Made by a program: the position numbers and the translations under genes
Shown: positions 48,622 through 58,998 of the stretch, in pieces
Layout: each line of letters opens with the position of its first letter
Numbering within the stretch: position 1 is the first letter of the stretch
Notes under the pieces: model-generated
What the model was told of the DNA's origin: nothing
The model's input: only the letters and a program-made list of their open reading frames with translations
Databases searched by the model: none
Virus record (IMG/VR): IMGVR_UViG_3300044734_000006
Span: 1 to 64,000 of that record
DNA length: 64,000 nt
Reading direction: 5' to 3' (one strand)
Source of the DNA: a virus

Positions 48622-49704
48622 GTGCGCGTCCGCTACTACCCCGCCTCCCGCTATGACGGCTGTGCGATGTACCGGCTCGTCTTCCCTGCGAACGTCCTTG
48701 CTGCGCAGGGGATGGACGTGGCTGAGGGCAGGCGGGAGGACATACAGGCCGTGTGGCGCCAGACGTCGGACGGGCCGCGGGTGGCATGGGCCGAGCCGCT
48801 CGACTGCGACGTGGCGGTCTTCCAGCGGGTGTGCAGGCGTGACATCGTGGACTGCATCCCGTCCTGGCAGCGGCAGGGCACGGCGGTGGTGATGGACGTG
48901 GACGATCTACTCTCGGCGGTCGACCCGGGGAACCCGGCGTTCGCGGCCTACCACCCGTCCAACCCTGCGGAGAACTGGCATCACCTCGAGCGGGCGTGCA
49001 GGATGGCCGACATGGTCACGGTGAGCACCCCGGCGCTGGCTGAGCGGTACGGGCGGCATGGGCGGTTCAGGGTACTGCGCAACTGCGTGCCAGAGTGGTA
49101 TCTTGGCGCGGATGGGGCATGCTCGATGGACGGAGGGTCGCAACCTCAAGTCGTCGCGGCCTCTGCCCCAGTCTTAGGCTGGGCTGGCAGGGTCGAAGTC
49201 CACGCTGCGGACCTCGCCGTGGTTGGGACGGCCGTCGCTCAGGCCATGCGTCAGACCGGTGCAACCTTCCGCGCGGTGGGGGATGAGGCCACCCTGACGG
49301 CGCTCGGGGTAGAGGGCGAGGTGGTGCCGTTCATGCCGTTCGCGGAGTACCCTGTGGAGGTGGCACGGTTGGACGTGGGGATCGCACCGCTGGCGTATAC
49401 GGCGTTCAACCGCGGGAAGTCTGCCCTCAAGCCGCTCGAGATGGCCGCGCTGGGGGTGGCGTTCGTCGCCTCGCCGCTGCCCGAGTACGCACGCCTTGCG
49501 GAGCTTGGTGCCGGCTACCTCGCATCCCGCCCACGCCACTGGCTGGCTGGCCTGCGTCGCCTGCTGACCGATGCGGAGTACCGTGCAGAGCGGGCAGGAC
49601 GGGGGCGCGAGGTGGCCGCTGGGCTCACGTATGAGGGCCACGCTGAAAATTGGGCGACAGCATGGGGCGAGGCGCTCAGGGTGCGGCGGGAGAATGCGGC
49701 GTGA
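48622..49704 (+). CDS. Glycosyltransferase (GT-B, family 4-like)
   Basis: GCAMYRL..P, VVMDVDDL, ADMVTVSTPALA, LGWAG, DVGIAPL..TAFNRGKSALKPLEMAALG. Confidence 0.9.
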   Translation: MRVRYYPASRYDGCAMYRLVFPANVLAAQGMDVAEGRREDIQAVWRQTSDGPRVAWAEPLDCDVAVFQRVCRRDIVDCIPSWQRQGTAVVMDVDDLLSAVDPGNPAFAAYHPSNPAENWHHLERACRMADMVTVSTPALAERYGRHGRFRVLRNCVPEWYLGADGACSMDGGSQPQVVAASAPVLGWAGRVEVHAADLAVVGTAVAQAMRQTGATFRAVGDEATLTALGVEGEVVPFMPFAEYPVEVARLDVGIAPLAYTAFNRGKSALKPLEMAALGVAFVASPLPEYARLAELGAGYLASRPRHWLAGLRRLLTDAEYRAERAGRGREVAAGLTYEGHAENWATAWGEALRVRRENAA

Positions 49705-49834
49705 GGCGATTTCTAAGGGCTATTCAGCACGGCGCCTGGTACGTCCGCTGGGTGCTCGCTGGTCGTCCGCCTGTGCATATCGACGCCTCACTTACCGCCA
49801 TCAGCGTGCCCTATCACGAAGACGACCACGCGCC

Positions 49835-50524
49835 GTGATCGCTGTTTGCTCCACCCTCACGCACTTCGCCATGGGTCACCCGGACATCTGGGGAGCGTGG
49901 CTGTATAACGCTGAGGCGATGCAGGCTAGTCACCCTGACGTGCGGTTCTTCTGCGCCATCGAGACGGACGCACGCGGGCTGGAGCCGTTCGCGTCGCTGA
50001 TGTCGCGCCTAGATGATGTATGCGGTGAGTGGTGGACGTACCACCTTGACGACGGGCGTAGCGTGGTGACTACTGAGAACCGCGGTCGCCATCTGGTATG
50101 CGGCCAGAACCTCGCCACCGACTACGCCACGTCCATCGGAGCGACGCACCTCCTGTTCCTCGCTGCAGACTGTGAGCCACCACCTGACGCCATCCCCAAG
50201 CTGCTGGAGGTGAACTGGCCCATTGTCGGTGGTCACGTGCCGGGGTACTGCCTGGACGGCCCCGTGGTGCCCGGGTATGCCTTCCCGGTGAAGCGCCACA
50301 TGGCGACCGCGGCGTTCGTCATGCTGCAACGGTCTATCTTTCGTTCAATCCGCTGGCGCTGGGACATCGACCTTGGGCTCACGGATGACCCCTGCCTCTA
50401 TTGGGATGCCAAGCGGCTATACGGAGTGGACACCTACGTCCGTCACGATGTCGTGGGGCGACACTACCCCGAGGCGCTATGTGGCATCGAGGAGCGCGGG
50501 TACGACCTGAGCGTGGCGCAGTGA
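49835..50524 (+). CDS. Glycosyltransferase (GT-A, family 2-like)
   Basis: GQNLA...ATHLLFLAADC, ATAAFVMLQRSIF, TDDPC...V..DVVGRH. Confidence 0.7.
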   Translation: MIAVCSTLTHFAMGHPDIWGAWLYNAEAMQASHPDVRFFCAIETDARGLEPFASLMSRLDDVCGEWWTYHLDDGRSVVTTENRGRHLVCGQNLATDYATSIGATHLLFLAADCEPPPDAIPKLLEVNWPIVGGHVPGYCLDGPVVPGYAFPVKRHMATAAFVMLQRSIFRSIRWRWDIDLGLTDDPCLYWDAKRLYGVDTYVRHDVVGRHYPEALCGIEERGYDLSVAQ

Positions 50525-50638
50525 GACGCATCGACGCACTGGTGGGAGCGTGGTTCTGGACACTGACCGTCATCACCGCGGCTGGCGTCGCGCTGGTGGT
50601 CTGGGCACTGCTCCAGTGATACTGTTCACTGCTGCGTT

Positions 50639-51151
50639 GTGAGACTCAACGTTGGGTGCGGGGAGTGGCGAGCCGAGGGCTGGCTGAACATCGACGTGGT
50701 GCAGAACGAGCATGTCGCCTCTGACCTCGTAGCGTCGGTCACGGATCTGCCGGCGCACGTCTCCGGTCTCACCGCGGTGTATTGCGGCCATGTCCTCGAA
50801 CACATCCCGCATGACGCCGTCGTCCCTGCCCTGCGTGTGCTGAGGGAGCGGATGGTGCCGGGGGCGCCCATCATGTGCGTCGGGCCGGACGTCCTCCGCG
50901 CTGAGGCCATGTTCCGCGCGGGAGAGATCGACGAGACGACGTGCCGCTCCTGCCATGCGGAGACCCGACCGCCGCGATGGGCTGGCGACGCTCATCACTG
51001 GGACTGCCACGAAGCGGAACTCGTCACGCTGCTCACGGAGGCAGGATTTGCCGACGTACATGCGGTGGACGTTGGTGGGCGGTACCTGCTCACCGAGTGG
51101 CCGCTGGTATCGGGTGTCGGCTGGCAGTGTGCCGTGGAGGGCTCGCGGTGA
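50639..51151 (+). CDS. Class I SAM-dependent methyltransferase
   Basis: LNVGCG...GWLNID, GHVLEH, LTEAGF. Confidence 0.85.
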   Translation: MRLNVGCGEWRAEGWLNIDVVQNEHVASDLVASVTDLPAHVSGLTAVYCGHVLEHIPHDAVVPALRVLRERMVPGAPIMCVGPDVLRAEAMFRAGEIDETTCRSCHAETRPPRWAGDAHHWDCHEAELVTLLTEAGFADVHAVDVGGRYLLTEWPLVSGVGWQCAVEGSR

Positions 51152-52062
51152 AGCGCGCGCTGGTCACCGGAGCGGCCGGGTTTATCGGCAGACACTTCGC
51201 TGAGCGGCTTATGGAGGACGGGTGGCTGGTTGATCGGGTTGATCCGATGTTCACCTGCGGTGCCGAGGGCCGTGACTGTCGCGATTGGTTCCCGTGCCAT
51301 GGCGGTGCTGGACTTGACCACTTCGATCTTGCTGTCCACTGCGCTGCCCAGATTGGTGGCCGCGTGATGATCGACGGTAGCCCTCTGTTCTTGGCGACCA
51401 ACCTTGAACTCGACGCGGCGTTCGCATTGTGGTGCCAGCGGACCCGACCCGAGCACGTCGTGTACTTCTCTAGCAGCGCCGCGTACCCGGTCGACCTGCA
51501 AGACCCGAGACAGATGGGCCTCAGTCACTACGCACTACGTGAGACGGACATCGACCTCGACGCCATCCGCCAGCCTGACGCCATCTACGGACTCACCAAG
51601 CTGGTCGGCGAGACGCTGATGCGCCACCTCGAGCGGGCCGGGGTGCGCACCCACGTGTTCCGGCCGTTCAGCGGGTACGGGCCTCCCGGTGACCAGTCGT
51701 GCGACTACCCCTTCCCCTCACTCATCAGCAGGGCGTTGCATCGCGAGGATCCGTTCGTGGTCTGGGGCGACGGTCAGCAGGTGCGCGACTGGGTAGCGGT
51801 GGAGGACATCGTCGGGGCGGTCATGGCGACGGTTGACCAGGACGTCCGAGGCCCGCTCAATGTCGGCTCAGGCGTGCCGGTCAACTTCGACGAACTCGCC
51901 GCCATGGTCTGCGCCGCCGCCGGCTACAGCCCGACCATCCAGCACCTCACCGATGCCCCCACAGGCGTCCGCTACCGGGTGTGTGATCCGCGTAGGATGC
52001 TGGAGGTCTACCAGCCTAAGGTCATGCTGGAGGAGGGCATCAGGCGGGCGCTGGCGGGGTAG
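51148..52062 (+). CDS. NAD-dependent epimerase/dehydratase (extended SDR)
   Basis: LVTGAAGFIG, FSSSAAY, YGLTK, RPFSGYGP, VWGDGQQVRDW. Confidence 0.93.
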   Translation: MKRALVTGAAGFIGRHFAERLMEDGWLVDRVDPMFTCGAEGRDCRDWFPCHGGAGLDHFDLAVHCAAQIGGRVMIDGSPLFLATNLELDAAFALWCQRTRPEHVVYFSSSAAYPVDLQDPRQMGLSHYALRETDIDLDAIRQPDAIYGLTKLVGETLMRHLERAGVRTHVFRPFSGYGPPGDQSCDYPFPSLISRALHREDPFVVWGDGQQVRDWVAVEDIVGAVMATVDQDVRGPLNVGSGVPVNFDELAAMVCAAAGYSPTIQHLTDAPTGVRYRVCDPRRMLEVYQPKVMLEEGIRRALAG

Positions 52063-52071
52063 AATCGGGCT

Positions 52072-52461
52072 GTGAGGCTACTCATCGCCGGTTCGCGGTA
52101 TTGGGACGACCCCGTGCCCATCCGGCAGGCGTTGGAGCGTGCGCGGCCCACGGTCCTCATCCACGGGGCTGCGAGAGGAGCAGATAGCATCGCGGCACGG
52201 CTAGCCTACGCCATGGGGATCGAGGTGGTGGCGTTCCCCGCAGACTGGAGCATCGGTCGTGCCGCAGGGGTGATCCGCAACCAGCGCATGCTGGACGAGG
52301 GACGACCGGACTGGGCGATCCTGTTCGCAGACTACATCGCCACCTCGTACGGGACACGGGACATGCTCAGGCGGGCAGAGCGGAGCCCCGACGTGAAACG
52401 GATCCATACATGCTCGCACGTAGTCGGGTGGCGAACAGTGCGGGAGGCGGTAGCGGCGTGA
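52072..52461 (+). CDS. SLOG family protein (DUF2493/YspA-like)
   Basis: LLIAGSR, IHGAARGAD..A, FPADW..GRAAG.IRNQRML, GTRDM. Confidence 0.88.
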   Translation: MRLLIAGSRYWDDPVPIRQALERARPTVLIHGAARGADSIAARLAYAMGIEVVAFPADWSIGRAAGVIRNQRMLDEGRPDWAILFADYIATSYGTRDMLRRAERSPDVKRIHTCSHVVGWRTVREAVAA

Positions 52462-53088
52462 ATCAGTACGCGCGTCTGGTCGGGGTGAGTATTGGCGGCC
52501 ACCAATGGGAGGTAACGTACGGCGCCAACACTGTGATGCTAGTGGTCGATGGCGTGACCGAGGCAGCCATGCTGGATCCCGAATCGCTGGACCGTGACGC
52601 TGGCTTGACCGCTCTGCGCGTCGAAAACGCCGAACTTCGTGCTGCGCTGGACGCGCTTGTGCCCCACCGCTGCGAGTGGGATATCTATCCTTCGGGGCGT
52701 GCCCGAGTCTGCGCACTCTCGTCCACACAGGCGGTCACTTGTTGGGATGGAGAGGCCGTGTACCGACTGTGCGACGGACATGCGGAGGTCGCCGGCAAGT
52801 GAAGGCAGGCGCTTGGTCACAGCACCCGGACGGTATCGAACTCATACCGCGACCTGAACCATCGGCTGCGGATATGGGCGGCGACTACCTCATGACGTGG
52901 CGCAACGAGCACATGCATGCTCGGATCTATGAAGCGAGAGTGGCTGGCCGTGTGGGGCAGGTGGTCATCAGCGATGTTGAGATCACGACCGCGCAATATC
53001 CAAACGACGTCTATCTCGAACGCACGAACAGGCTGGTCGCGTCGTTAGCGTCCGCAACCGGAGTCGCCAGTCTGGATACTGGCAGCGG

Positions 53089-53316
53089 CTAGCGTTGCTG
53101 CTCCTCTCTGATGGCACGCATGACCCTGTCGACCAAGTCCGGCGGCGGCGGTGGTGCAGCGATGCCGGAAAGGAGTCGGTCTACCTCTGCGAGCGAGTCT
53201 GCGAATTCTACGCAGGCAGTGCAGGTAGCGAGGTGGGCACGGACGGCAGGGTGGTCGGTCCAGCCTTCCGCTAAGGCCTGCTGGCACTCGTCGTGGGATA
53301 GGGTTCCGACCGTCAT
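53089..53316 (-). CDS. Stand-alone zf-HC2 (ZAS anti-sigma-type) protein
   Basis: C...AVRAHLATCTAC...L...PPPDL..RV; GGAGG RBS. Confidence 0.8.
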   Translation of the reverse strand: MTVGTLSHDECQQALAEGWTDHPAVRAHLATCTACVEFADSLAEVDRLLSGIAAPPPPPDLVDRVMRAIREEQQR

Positions 53317-53426
53317 GGCTAGTTCCTCCGTGACGTTGGTCTGTCACCCATATAGACGCTGCGGCGAGGCGAAATGACGGGATGGGCGGCTCAGGGCGAC
53401 TATGCGTCGGTGGACGAGGGCGTGGC

Positions 53427-53729
53427 CTAGCTACCGAGCCTGACGTGGCGACGTTTGGCATGCGGATGGGGCCAGTGCCGGCGAACCTCTGCCCACCCTG
53501 CGTCGGTGAGTGCGTACCAATCTAGCATCTGGCCATCGCTAGACCACGGACCATGGAAGTCCAGCCAACCACGCTTCGCAAACTCTGCGAGGAGCGAGTG
53601 GGCGGTACGTTGTGGGATACCCATGTCATGGCTGAGGTTGTCGGCGCTGGTGGCACGTCTCGCGGAGAGCAGTAGCAGCACGTTCACGCGCAGGGTGGTC
53701 GGACGTAGTCGCCAGAGACGCACTCTCAT
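53427..53729 (-). CDS. Winged-helix (PadR/MarR-like) regulator
   Basis: LSHDMGIPQRTAHSLLAEFAKRGWL...WYALTDAG. Confidence 0.7.
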   Translation of the reverse strand: MRVRLWRLRPTTLRVNVLLLLSARRATSADNLSHDMGIPQRTAHSLLAEFAKRGWLDFHGPWSSDGQMLDWYALTDAGWAEVRRHWPHPHAKRRHVRLGS

Positions 53730-55841
53730 CGTTGGCTGTCGGTTCTCGGCTTCTGAGCGGACCGGTACTGCTCCACGGCCGTGTCTCCACCGTCCCAGCA
53801 TGCGAAGCACCAGAACTGCGGCGGTGTCGTCCAGACGATAGCGGCTGCGGTGGACCGCTGTACGGGCGTCCCGCAGGTAGCGCACTTACTCATCGGCGTG
53901 GTATCCAGCCGTCACAGATGGCGGCAAGGCGTTCCTGCCAAGCGGCGAACTCGGTGGACACGCGGACATAGTCAGCCAGCTCTGTGTCCGTGAACTCGCA
54001 GCACGGTTGTGTCTTGCAGTAGCCGTCCTCGAACAGCGTGTAGAACGGGTACAGTTCGGTCACGTCGACGCACCGCTCAGCCATATCAGCGTCCCCACAT
54101 CTTGCGGTAGAGATGGTGGCGCTGGCCTTTCGTTAGGGTCAGCCAGAGCCACAGACGGCGACGGCGGGAGGGAGGCGGGCGTAGCAGCGCGATGAGCCCG
54201 AGTGCCTCCCACGTCCTGTCCATCTCTGCGACCACCTCGGAGGCGTAGCCGGTCTGCTCCACGGGGGTACGCACACTCGTCGCCGCTGCGTCCAGCATGA
54301 GTAGCGACGGGAACCCGCGCGTGGCCTCTGCGACGGCCCGCATGCGCTCGGCGGCTTCGCTGGACGTGATGGCCCATACGTCCGGATGCGGCAGGCGGAA
54401 TCGGTCGTCCGTGGTCATTTTGTTGACTCCGTCTTGGTACGCTTACGGCGTGGCTTGCGCGGGGGTGGCAGAAAATCTAATGCGACGTCCAGCGCCACCT
54501 TCGCTGTGATGAGGTCGTCCCGTGCGAGTGCCGCCCGCGCCTCAATTGCGGCTTGCGTGACGTCAACTAGCCAGCCGCACGCCTCTTTGTCCACCTCGTA
54601 CTTAGAGGAGCCCGCCACGAACTCCTCTGCCACTGCCAGCCGCTCCTCTGCCGTGGTGGCAGAGTCGAAGGTACGCGGGGTGTATTCGACGTCAGTCTCG
54701 TCAGCGATCGTCTCGTCGTCACCCATACTCGGACTCATCTACGCAGTCCTCCCGTCCCCGGCATTCGGCACAGGGCGATGCGATGCCTCCATGATCGTGC
54801 GCACCGCATCGACCATATCGTCCCTCACGAGTTCGTCGAGGGGACGGATGAGGACATCGACCATGTCCACGTCGTGCCGGATGACACCAGCCAAGAGGAG
54901 GGCACGGAGGGCATCACGGTGGCCGAACTCATCGCCGTGAAGGTGTGGCGACGGAAGGTCGCAGTCGGGTCGCTGACAGTCGCTCATCGCCGTCCGCACT
55001 CCCCGCAGGGCTCAGGACGTGGCGGTAGCAGGATCGGGTCACCCGTTTGCTCCACATAGACATCAAGGGACCGCAGGGCCTGAGCCAGTGGCGTATCGTC
55101 GCGCTCGCGGACAGTGATCTCCCGTGCTGCGTGGATGACCCTAGCCATTCGCGTATAGAGATCGGGGTCTGCCCCCATCTGGGCGATGGCGTCGCGCCAG
55201 CCTTCCTCCCTCGCCTCTATGACCATGTGCGCTATCTGCTCAGTGATGCTCATACGTAGCCTCCGTGTGTGGGTACTGGGTGGTTCTCATGCCGAGGATC
55301 GCTGGGAGGGAGCACGCACCATCCGGGCATGCAGTCGGCGTGGGGATCGGAATCTGGTGCAGCCAACCTACCGTCCATGATGGCCTTGGCGACGGCGTGT
55401 GCCGCAGCTGTGACATTCTGAACCCATCGGCCCCAGTCCTCAGCGTCCCACGACGGGCTACCAGCCACAAGGTCATCCCACTCGCACTGAGCGCTGTCGC
55501 TTGCCTTGACGAACTCGTCGAGTTGGTGGCCTGCGGCGTCGAGGTACGGTGGGTCGCGCAGGATCTCGTTCATGCTGGGTCTCCTTGGTGGTTGCGCCGA
55601 TGTGCTGCCGATGGGCCGTGGTACTGGCGTGTGTATGCGAGGACACCGGGGTACAACTCTTCAAGCGCCGCTACTAATTCCCGGATACGGTCTGCGGGAA
55701 CCAACATGCTGCCTTGCGCACGCTGTAGGCGACGTTCGTCGACATGCGCCGCCAAGTCTGACGCCGCGAGTGCAAGACGCTTCACTCGTACGGGCTTCGG
55801 CGAGTTAGGCGGAAGGCCCTCCTCTGAGTACGCCAAGTCGA

Positions 55842-56090
55842 TCATCCCGCGCCTCCCTTCAGTCGATATGCTGCTTTCCGGCACGTCGCCGAGCAGAACC
55901 GCTTTGTGCTCCGCTCCCCTGCCATCGGCTGACGGCACTGCTCGCAGACTTGGACGAGGTTGAGCGCGTCGAGGTCGATCGCCAACTCCGCGACGAGGTG
56001 GGAGCCGTCTATCCGCAGGCTGGTGACCTTCACGGAAAGCTCGGTCACGACTGCGGATGCGAGCAGGGACGGATTGCGCCGATACTCCAT
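55842..56090 (-). CDS. Small zinc-finger protein (CGNR-like)
   Basis: CEQC...KRFCSATCRKAAYR. Confidence 0.65.
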   Translation of the reverse strand: MEYRRNPSLLASAVVTELSVKVTSLRIDGSHLVAELAIDLDALNLVQVCEQCRQPMAGERSTKRFCSATCRKAAYRLKGGAG

Positions 56091-56361
56091 CCCTGACCAT
56101 CTTCACACTCGATGACAAGCCAGCAGCACCGACAACTCCGACAGATGTAGCCAGCAGCACTGAGCAACGAGAAGCGGGATGACCCCGAGACTTTGCCGAC
56201 CCAAGCCTGTCCGGGTGTGTGGCCAGCGCGTCGCATCCTGCCCATGAGTGCTGCACGGGCTGCATCAATGGACGAGGCGTGGGTCACGGTCTCAGGCTGA
56301 GCCGCGTAGGGTCGGCTGCCCTCAGTCCGCAGGGAGGTGATCCGCGCTCCGGTGAGATCGG

Positions 56362-56763
56362 TCATCGAGATTCGCGCACCGACCGACGAACATCGTCGAT
56401 CCATGGGCGAGTTTTCCACGCCAGCCATCCGTGGGTGAACCCGTAGATAACGTCGCGGACGAACAGTTCGGCCCCCTCCTGCGTCTCCACCCACTTGCGC
56501 AGGCAGTTGAGCGAGAACGATGAGTGAAAGCCGCCTGCACCTTCGACGCCGATCCTGACGGCAGCGCCAGCGGTTCCATGCGGCGTTGTGACACCCGGCT
56601 CCAGCGTGACAATGGTCCCATCTGGTGTCTCACGTCGTACGCGGTTCGCCAGCCCCATCATCCACTCGTCGAGCCAGTCCTCAGGATGCTCGCCGACCAC
56701 CTTGATGCCGTTGGTGACAGTCTCTGTCCGTGTGGTCTCGGAGGTTCGTGTCGGTGTGTCCAT
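56362..56763 (-). CDS. Hypothetical protein, first gene of a leftward operon
   Basis: TGG-TATACT-6-ATG leaderless promoter with palindrome CACGCTA-N7-TAGCGTG. Confidence 0.65.
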   Translation of the reverse strand: MDTPTRTSETTRTETVTNGIKVVGEHPEDWLDEWMMGLANRVRRETPDGTIVTLEPGVTTPHGTAGAAVRIGVEGAGGFHSSFSLNCLRKWVETQEGAELFVRDVIYGFTHGWLAWKTRPWIDDVRRSVRESR

Positions 56764-56847
56764 GCCAGTAGTATACCACGCTAGCCGCCGTAGCGTGGCA
56801 ACCCATCACGGCAACCTGCGTCGGGTGTCGCCAGACTGGATACTCGC

Positions 56848-57147
56848 TCAGGGCGAGGGCGACGGGCTCGGGCTGGGCGGCGCTGAGGGCCGTGGCTGCC
56901 GCTGTGCGTGGGGTCGGGCTGGGTGCTGGCCTGCGGGGCGGTACGGGGCGCTTGTAGCCCGCTGGCGTGGCCATCCACCGTTCGGCGCGGGTCGGCTGCT
57001 CGAGGACGGCGAGCCTGTCCCGCCTCCGTGTCCTGCCGGCGACTCTGAGCAGGGCGGGGTGCAGGCTCGGGCCAGCTGCGTACCTGTGATGGGGATCAGG
57101 ACGGCTGCGGCGGTAGCGAGAGCCACCAGGGTGCTGCGTGGGTGCAT
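56848..57147 (-). CDS. Small secreted Pro/Ser-rich protein
   Basis: GGAGG RBS; signal-like MHPRSTLVALATAAAVLIP...ARA; ends PSPSPSPSP. Confidence 0.5.
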   Translation of the reverse strand: MHPRSTLVALATAAAVLIPITGTQLARACTPPCSESPAGHGGGTGSPSSSSRPAPNGGWPRQRATSAPYRPAGQHPARPHAQRQPRPSAPPSPSPSPSP

Positions 57148-57945
57148 GTCGGTCGCCTCCGTGCGTGGGCTGCGCACGTATGACGATCCGAGGCACGAGA
57201 ATCCTGCTAGCGTCACACGGTTTTCGCGCGGCGGGTTTTTCCGCTTAGGGTGCCTCTCAACCACGCGCGTGCCCTTACCACGTCTCCAGTGGTGCATCCG
57301 CTGCGCTCAGCCCGTGCCACGTCTGCCTCCGACCCTCGGCCTGCGCTCCCATGGCCAGCCCTACGCGCCGCCGGTCGCCCTCAGTCTTACCGTGAGCGCT
57401 CTCTGCGTTCGCATGCTCACTACGAACAAGTGGAATCCGCCACGGGCGTGCTAACGCCCCCCCAACGCCCCCCCGCTCAAGTCGGGTGGTGTGGGTTTGC
57501 AACGTCCTCACTTGGGGCTCGAAGCCGGTCGGTTTCCCTCCAGCCCCGCCCCAAGCTGTGAGCTAGGGTTCGCGGACCCTGCGGTCTTTGGGCGATTCGA
57601 TGCGGAGGAGGTGTGGTCGGCACGCCCTGGTGCCCGACCTCAGCCGCACGCGATCACCCGGAGTAGGGACGGATCGCTCGACCGGGTTTCTCTCCTCGGG
57701 AGCGAGCGACCCGCGCTGGTCGAAGGGGCAGTTGCAGGAGCCGCAGAGCACGACGTTCACCGGACCTCCCCTGTCCGCACCATCGACATGTGGTACCTCA
57801 TGCGGGTACGATGAGCCCGCAAGGCGGCGGCTAGAACGGTCAGCGCCGTTCCCTCGGGTAGTAGCCGAGGTGTTGGGAGCAAGTATCGCTCACGCTGGCC
57901 GCCCCTTGCAACCACCGCCGCAGCCAACGTGTGTATACTGCGTGC

Positions 57946-58170
57946 ATGAACACACCCCCACCGTGGCGCATCCCCAAGCCGAGGCCGCCAGCTCGCGAAA
58001 GTCGGCTTCGAGCGAACATCTACATGCCCGCCCCACTGGTGGAACGACTAGACCGTCTCCGGGAGCAAGGTGTCGAGATCGCGGTAAGCCGGGTGTGCCA
58101 AGACGCTCTGTGGGAAGCCTGCAACGTCGCGGAAGAGGACGCCAAGCGGCGCAGGCGGCGTAGCACATGA
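57946..58170 (+). CDS. RHH protein (CcdA/CopG-like)
   Basis: TATACT-6-ATG; RANIYMPAPL...IAVSRVCQDAL. Confidence 0.65.
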   Translation: MNTPPPWRIPKPRPPARESRLRANIYMPAPLVERLDRLREQGVEIAVSRVCQDALWEACNVAEEDAKRRRRRST

Positions 58171-58853
58171 CCGCCTTGCGTGAGTTTCGCGATCCCATGG
58201 GACCGGTGCGTCACGTCCTCCCCCACGACATGGTCCGTGGGATAAGGGGGCGCATCCTCCGCGACATGGTGGCTGAACTTCCGGACACCTCGCAGTACAC
58301 GCCACAGTTCGTTCACTACGAGGCGCTTCGCCCGCGAGCGGTCAGGTGGAAGACGGAGCGTCCGACAGTGATGGTTGAGGAGGAGGACGCCGAGTTGGTG
58401 CAGGCTTGCCTGTGCCCGAACTGTCACGTTGATCTCGTACCCGATGGCCTCCTTGCGAGCAGCACACGGAGGAAATACGGTCCATGGATGGCTTGTCCAG
58501 AGTGTCAGTGGGTCTTTCGCGTGGTGATCCCGCAGGCACTACGGCCGCCGCCGGAACCGCCAGAGATAACGCCTCGGCGCGATCCTGTGAGTGTGGCACG
58601 GGCGAAGGCGGTCGAACTTGAGTGGCTCTGCCCGTACTGCCTGACGACGATGGTGGAGGTCATCCCCGTAGGGAAGTACAGGGAATACAAGAGCCGCGTG
58701 CTGACGGCTGACCACATCGTTCCTCGCAGCCGTGGTGGGACGAACTCCCCCGAGAACATCAGTCCGTCATGCCGAACCTGCAACCACGATAAGGCGAGCC
58801 TTCTGCTCTCGGAGTGGCGCAGCCCACGGCGCTGGTGGAATCCGCCGAGATAG
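58167..58853 (+). CDS. HNH endonuclease with extra Zn ribbon
   Basis: CPYC...TADHIVPRSRGGTNSPENISPSCRTCNHDK. Confidence 0.88.
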   Translation: MTALREFRDPMGPVRHVLPHDMVRGIRGRILRDMVAELPDTSQYTPQFVHYEALRPRAVRWKTERPTVMVEEEDAELVQACLCPNCHVDLVPDGLLASSTRRKYGPWMACPECQWVFRVVIPQALRPPPEPPEITPRRDPVSVARAKAVELEWLCPYCLTTMVEVIPVGKYREYKSRVLTADHIVPRSRGGTNSPENISPSCRTCNHDKASLLLSEWRSPRRWWNPPR

Positions 58854-58881
58854 CAACCAGCGCGGGTGTACGATGGTTGCC

Positions 58882-58998
58882 GAGCGGGCCGGGCCACCCC
58901 ACACTCGCATGCGCAGACAGGCCCCTCCGAACCTCCAGGTCGGAGCGCTGAGGGCTGAGCCGGTCTGAGGGATCGGCGGTAACTCTCGCGGCCCGCTT
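58882..58998 (+). ncRNA. Candidate structured non-coding RNA
   Basis: TACGAT -10 at 58869; 10-bp terminal stem GAGCGGGCCG/CGGCCCGCTT enclosing further hairpins; no credible ORF. Confidence 0.4.

Noticed and set aside
57946-58853. RHH + HNH pair as a toxin-antitoxin module
   Set aside because: The second gene is an ordinary HNH nuclease, with no known toxin motif
58940-58992. Glycine riboswitch call for the candidate ncRNA (CGCTGAGGG...AACTCTCGCGG)
   Set aside because: Only loose similarity; the GGAGA, GAAG and CUCAGG cores are not matched and there is no downstream gene
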